Below are positions 40,001-46,127 of a stretch of DNA of 46,127 nucleotides, one piece after another. Source of the DNA: Conidiobolus incongruus B7586. Taxonomy: Eukaryota. The stretch covers positions 1 to 46,127 of the forward strand of contig JNEM01013625.1 in NCBI GenBank assembly GCA_000697335.1. The letters are read 5' to 3'. The translations under genes and the position numbers were made by a program. Within the stretch, counting starts at the first letter, position 1. Every line of letters starts with the position of its first letter. Under the pieces are notes generated by a model. The model searched no databases and was not told the DNA's origin. It saw only the letters and a list, made by a program, of their open reading frames with translations.

Positions 40001-40865
40001 TTAAAATAGTATTAATAATGGAATATATAGTTAAAAAAATAAATTTTTTGATATACATAATCCCATAACTTGGGATATTAATATCATTTGAATAAATAAA
40101 TAATCAAAAATACCAACTCACAATTAATTATCATTCCCAACTTTAATTTGGGTTAGTGATAAATCAATTAATCCAACAATACCACAAACTATTGTCATCA
40201 GGTAATATATATAATCCTTTAATACATCAATATTTCTATGATGATTTTATAAATTTTTGACAAGCATATGTCTTAATCTCTTTGTTGACAACATTTACGT
40301 CTGATCATTTACTATATTAACTAATCAAAGTTGCCTAACTTAGTTTATTAATACAATTTTGTTTATTTAGGTATCATTGAATAAAGGATCTAAAGATATA
40401 TTAAACATTTGAATAAATTAATAAATGTTCATATTTGAATATACTTTATTTACTTTGGCTTGGATATTTTTTTGAACTTTATTCAATATATTCTTATTCG
40501 AATGATTAATTCAATAGATGATTGATTAAAATAACAACAATTATCTATCATGGTTATTATATTTTTAAAATTTTTCCAATTATTTTTTTAAAATACCAAT
40601 ATATACCCTAATTTGATGAGTTATTTTTTCTCCATATTGACTTTCACCAACATTTTACTCTATATTGGTATTATCAATTATTTTAATTAATTTGCAATTT
40701 TGAGATATTTTTAATCTGAAATTTTAAGTTAAATACATCAATCAACATTAGAAATACTCTATTATCACAAATTCCCATAATTTCAAATTATTTGAAATTA
40801 ATTTGAATAGTTATTGTTTCAAAATGATTAATTCTTAATAAACTTTAATATAATTAATTCAAAAA

Positions 40866-43068
40866 ATGATATTACAGAATAGATTAAAATATATAAAACA
40901 TGAACATATTTATCCTATAAAATCTTATTCTACATGTGTCAATCCTCATTCAAAAATTATTAATGAATTTTTATTAAAATCCAATGTGTATAATTTCCCT
41001 ATAAATTCTAGAGAATTATCCAAACTGAATAGAGATAGTAATAATCAAATTATAGAATTCTAAAGCCAATTATATTGTCAAACAAATTATTTCCCAACTG
41101 AAATTGAAGAGTAAAGATGCTGAAATGGCTTGGAAACTTTACCAACAGTTAAGCAGTTTGGAAGGTGACAAATTTCTCAACCCTATAAAACCACAGTTCG
41201 ACACATTGACGAGGGAAGGATATGATCGCGTATTGCAACTGAGTGAAACATTCGAAGAATTGAAATACCACCTGACTTCGAAAATTTGTAAATTGAAAAT
41301 GCAGAGTTTGTTTAGATCAGATAGACCGAGTGAGGCGGATTCATTCGTTGAGAGGATTATCAATTCCCATCTGGATTTAATTACTACCGAATTGAGTAAT
41401 CAACCCGTTAAGGGTTATTTCGATTCTCAAAATATTGTAAATGCTTTTAATTCTATAACTAAGTTGTTTGCTTTGGGCGTTCAGTGGGATATTCACTCGT
41501 TGATAATTTTGACTAAGATTAATTTAAAGATGGGTAAATGGAAGCAATTTGGTCAAATTTACAAATTAATTTTGACTAATTTCCAGTCTGAATTGAAAGG
41601 GAAGTACTTTAAGGAGATTTTGAATGAGGTGCTGTATAAACAGCATTGGATGCTGGCTGAGAAATTAATTAAGAATATGAAAAGGTCAGGTTATCCTCCA
41701 AATATGGTTACTCTTACGATATTGATGAATTCGTAGCTAAAGTTGATTAGTAAGAGTGCTAAATTGCATCCTCAGAGGGTCCATTGTATTGATTCCTTTT
41801 ATAAGCATTTGATTATGAATCGCAATATTCAGTTGGATTCGCATCTTCAGCTGAGTTTCGCCAGATGGTTCTGTAAGGTGAGCAACTTCAAAGGAGCCAA
41901 GTTCATCATAAATCATATTGATAATAACAAAGATCATGGCCGTTTCATATTATTAGAAGGTTATATCAATCACAATAAAATCCACGATCCTTTAACTTTG
42001 TATGATCAAATGCAGAGAGATAAGATTGGTAACGATCTCAGAGTGTTCAAATTGATCCTAAACGTATTTTGGGGCTCTCAACTCAGTCTGGGCAAATTTG
42101 AATCATTTCTCAGTCCCATTGATAAAACACCGAGTATTGGAAGATTGAGCCTAGTGTTGGGTTATCTCATCAACAAACTACGAATTTACGACGTTTATAA
42201 GCTGTATAAGAAGCAAGTGAACCATTGCAACCTTGAACCCGATATTTTCACATACTCCACTCTTTTCAAGGGACTACTTTCGGCAGGACTTGGAAATCTG
42301 CATCCACCTGAGGGACTTGAGGAAGGATGGCTCACCATTGCCCAAGATTTGTACTAAAAGCTCCAACAAAATCCCAAATTAGTGATTAATTTACCCGTGT
42401 ATAATTCCATCCTCAATACAATCTCATACTTTGGCGATTGGCAACATGTGCAAAACATCTATCAAACTATTCTGGACAACGATTTAGAATCTAATCCCAG
42501 AACCTTATACCCTGTGATCAGAATGCTACTTAGTAATGTCCCTAACTCAGAATTACCCAATACTTTAGACCTATTACCATCCTTTTTATCCACTCCTTTC
42601 TACAACGCCATGATCGATGCCACTCTACGCGACAATGACATCTCTGGCGCAATATTGGTGCTCAACCACCTAGTCAATCATTCTACCCGCAAACCCAACG
42701 CTCTCACATAAAAAAGCATCCTCATCAAAGCTGGCAAATTGCATGGCATCCTAAAGATCAAGCTCCTACTCCAGCAATGCCAAAATCACGGAATCGAATT
42801 CAACTGTACAATGCACGAAGCTATCATCAAATCCATGCTCGATCTGCCCAAATCTATGGACTATGATGAAATTATGCTTAAAGTGAATATGCTCAGAAAG
42901 GTTGAGGAGGTGGAACTTGATGAAGAACTAGATTTATCAGAATTTGATACTGATGGTGGGGATTTTTTGGGGGAAGATACTTATCATGAGAGATTGTCAT
43001 CTGGGAGGATCAATCAGTTAATTTATGACGCTTATTTGAGTGTTGTCAAGTTCCACGAAAGTAATTAA
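40866..43068 (+). pseudogene. Pentatricopeptide-repeat (PPR) protein, probably mitochondrial, interrupted by premature stops
   Basis: ORFs 41104, 41743, 42382 and 42739 share one frame, broken by TAG 41734, TAA 42355 and TAA 42709. PPR motifs GYPPNMVTLTILMNS, EPDIFTYSTLFKG, VYNSILN, FYNAMIDA. The 5' ORF (40866) is in another frame (frameshift or weak intron). Confidence 0.78.
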
Positions 43069-43256
43069 TATTTACTTAATAATAAAATAAATTTATTTAA
43101 TTATGTATAAAATTACCCACCCCCAAAAATTCAACAATTTTAATGCAATTATTAAAAAAAAATTTAAATTTTCCAATTAAAAAATTTGAATTTCCCACAA
43201 ATTTTCCAATCCACTAACTACTATAAATTGATAGTTAAGCTATTGACAAGTTGAAA

Positions 43257-43715
43257 GGGGTTTCTTATAACCCTCACTCGACGAATAATGGCACCTCAAA
43301 GGCTTGTCTATCTATGACATGTCCCGGATTGTTATTTGTCCTCTATCTCGAGTTTCATTGTATGTGCTAAGCTTGACTGCTCTGTGAAGATCTATTAACC
43401 TCCAAGTCACTTTTCTTACATAGTGGCTGCCCACACTTTGTATACCTGTGTCCTCTGGTTCTTTCTCGTTTTAAGATCACCATCTCATGTCTGTTTACTT
43501 TTGCCTACATCTGTTTTATATACTCCTTTAGCGAGAAATTAAGTGAATTGGGTCCTGTCCCAGGAATTACTACGGTTATCCACTTGGATGAATTGGAAAT
43601 ATACTATATGCTTTGTAACTATTACGTATACTTGGTAATTACTAAGTGATACGGCGGTTTTATTATGTCATCCCATAAGTTGTCGAATAAATCCTTTCCT
43701 CATAAAAAAAAAAAA
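43257..43715 (+). mobile_element. Non-LTR retroposed insertion (SINE-like or 5'-truncated LINE) with poly(A) tail
   Basis: Flanked by identical 15-bp direct repeats ATTGACAAGTTGAAA (43242-43256 and 43716-43730). AATAAA at 43686, A-tail 43704-43715, GC-richer than flanks. Confidence 0.85.
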
Positions 43716-43778
43716 ATTGACAAGTTGAAAAACCCTACAAAAATTCGATATTTTTACAAATTTTTTAATAGATTCATT

Positions 43779-44909
43779 ATGCCTGGTCACCAGATTAACT
43801 CTGCTTCAATCGCTATTAAATATAGGTAATTTTATGTATTTAAAAATGATAGGATTTGATAATTAACTTGAGTGATCATTAGAGACGAAATTAAAAATAC
43901 CATCACTTCCAAGAACATCCGTCCCAAATTGGTGAGTTTCTTAGCCAATGAAGACCCTGCTGCCCAGATGTACGCCAACTGGACCGCTAAAACCTGTGCC
44001 GAAAGCGGTATCGAGTTCGAATGTCGCAAAGTCGATAAGAAGGATTTGGAAGATAAGATCGTCGAAGCCAACGAAGATAACAGTATTCACGGTATTATGG
44101 TGTACTATCCCGTTTATGGTGATAGACAAGTAAGTTTAGTAGGACTTGGAAATCTTAATTCTTCTAATCATATCCACTTTGTTTAGGACCAATATTTGCA
44201 GAGTGTAGTGAGTGAAAAGAAGGACGTTGAAGGTTTATGCCATAAATACATCTATAATATGTACCATAATATTCGCTTCTTGGATGAAGAAAATACCAAA
44301 AAGTGTATCATTCCTTGTACTCCTTTGGCTGTTGTTAAAGTAAAATAACCATATATTTATCAATTTATTAGTTGTTAATACGTTATAGATTTTAGAGGCT
44401 ATCGGTGTCTACAATACTGTCCTCCCCTACGGCAACCGCTTACACGGAAAGACCATTGCTGTTATCAACAGAAGTGAAGTTGTCGGTCGTCCCTTAGCCG
44501 CTCTCTTAGCTAACGATGGTGCTAAAGTCTACTCCGTCGATATCAATGACATTTTGGAATTTAACAGAGGTGCTGGTATCAAGATGTCCAAGCATCAAGT
44601 AATTACATCTTTATATCCCTCATTACAATACATTAACAATGATTTTAGGTCACTGAAACTGATTACAAGCTCGAAGATGTCTTACCCAAGTGTGATGTCG
44701 TTATTACTGGTGTCCCTACCCCATCCTACCAAGTCAACACTGAACTTCTCAAGGAAGGAGTCGTCGCCATCAATTTCTCATCCCACAAGAACTTCTCCCC
44801 TGACATTAAAGAAAAAGCCTCGATTTACGTTCCCTCTATTGGTAAAGTCACTATTGCCATGTTAGAGCGCAACCTCTTACGTCTCCACGACTACTACAAC
44901 AAGCAATAG
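43779..44909 (+). CDS. MTD1: NAD-dependent methylenetetrahydrofolate dehydrogenase, 5 exons
   Basis: FLANEDPAAQMYANWT, HGIMVYYPVYG, KDVEGL, IIPCTPLAVVK, LPYGNRLHGK, VINRSEVVGRPLAALLANDGA, YVPSIGKVTIAMLERNLLRL. Confidence 0.95.
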
Positions 44910-46127
44910 CTTGCCCCATCCTAATTATTAATTTTATTTCCAATTTCTAGACTAATAAATTATTTTTGATTAATTGATTATTATTTGGGACTAGGAAATC
45001 ATCAGCAAGTTTTTTAATGGATCATCACCTCCAATATTCTTCTCAATCTGAGTGGATTCTGAGAGTTTTTAAGGAACAAAATGATACATTTGTCAATTTG
45101 AATTTGAATTACGGTTCAATTCTAACCAGCTTTAAAATGAGTAATTGTAGTAATACAAATAACTGTCTAATTATAAAAAAATATTATTAAATTTATTGTA
45201 AAAATCATTTCTAATTCAATTAGGATGAAATTTTCACTATAAATTATGAAAAAATATATATCTATTAATATTATTTATAATTAAAACGTATATTTGATTA
45301 ATAATTAATCTCATAAATTTAATAATGAATATTGTATATGCTATATTCAAATCAATATTATTTTATTTAATTATTTAGTCATTATATTTTATTCATTTTA
45401 AATAGTAATAATTTTTAATTGAATTATTACAATTAACTTTTTAAATAATTTTAATTATATTTAAATAAAATCTAAATAAGAAAAAAATTTAAGTAATATG
45501 GTTAACAATTAGCAATATGAAATTCAAATTCAATATTTTTTGAATATAATATATTTATTTATTTTTATTCAAAAATACTTAATATTTCAAAAGCATTAAA
45601 ATTTCACAATTTACTATTAACTCATTTGAATAATTAAGAAATTGAAACTAATTTGATCAGTAGCTTTAAAACATTAAAATATATTTAATTGGTCCAAAAT
45701 ATTGAAATATTAAATCAATTTGAATCAATTAATTAATTGGTTAAAATATATTTTCATTATTCTAATTTTATCAATTTTTATATGATTTTATTTAAAATTG
45801 AAAATTTTATTATTTTATATAATTGCTAATATAAATATTAATAATATTAAATATTATAATAATATATACAGTTTATAATTAAAATTCAAATATATGGGAA
45901 TAATTATTTGTTAATATATAATAATATATAATTAATAAAAATATTATAATACATTATATTATATATTAAATATTTAAATATATCTATTTTTGATTTCTAT
46001 TTAAATAAAGTTATAACTTTAATATATAATTTCATTTGATTAAAATATATTATAAATTATATAAAATAGATTATTTATTATTAATATCAAAATTATAGAA
46101 TTTTTCTAAATAATATTATATTTATTA

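Noticed and set aside
43257..43330. HDV-like or hammerhead ribozyme at the retroelement 5' end
   Set aside because: Only a short hairpin; no nested double pseudoknot and no CUGAUGA/GAAA core found.
8092..44129. Antisense and alternative-frame ORFs overlapping real genes (e.g. 8092, 8664, 9442, 18523, 19146, 27109, 41139, 43941)
   Set aside because: Shadows of GC-richer coding exons with no independent evidence.
1..46127. tRNA, rRNA, snoRNA genes or CRISPR arrays
   Set aside because: No cloverleaf or T-loop, rRNA-like sequence, convincing paired C/D boxes or repeat-spacer array seen by eye.

Overview
Very AT-rich eukaryotic (fungal) genomic DNA with short GT-AG introns of about 45-70 nt and GC-richer exons. 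Gene content and style suggest an early-diverging fungus, possibly Entomophthoromycotina-like (inference). Eleven apparently intact genes: PMP3 (absent from the ORF track), TVP18, a dienelactone-hydrolase-family enzyme, DPH2, a DOA4/USP8-type DUB, an SSK1-type response regulator, an Sds3-like protein, UBP2, a UPF0658 membrane protein, CCDC25/JLP2 and MTD1. There is also a CDC48-family AAA ATPase gene. Two genes are disrupted: CSN5 and a PPR protein. Most notable observations: (1) CCDC25 keeps its frame and conserved Trp only if a single-nucleotide exon (G at 36939) is spliced in; (2) a GC-rich tandem hairpin+CAUUCC element sits directly after the PMP3 double stop; (3) Ssk1 is fused to N-terminal transmembrane helices and a degenerate histidine-kinase core; (4) a poly(A)-tailed retroelement with a perfect 15-bp target-site duplication lies just upstream of MTD1.
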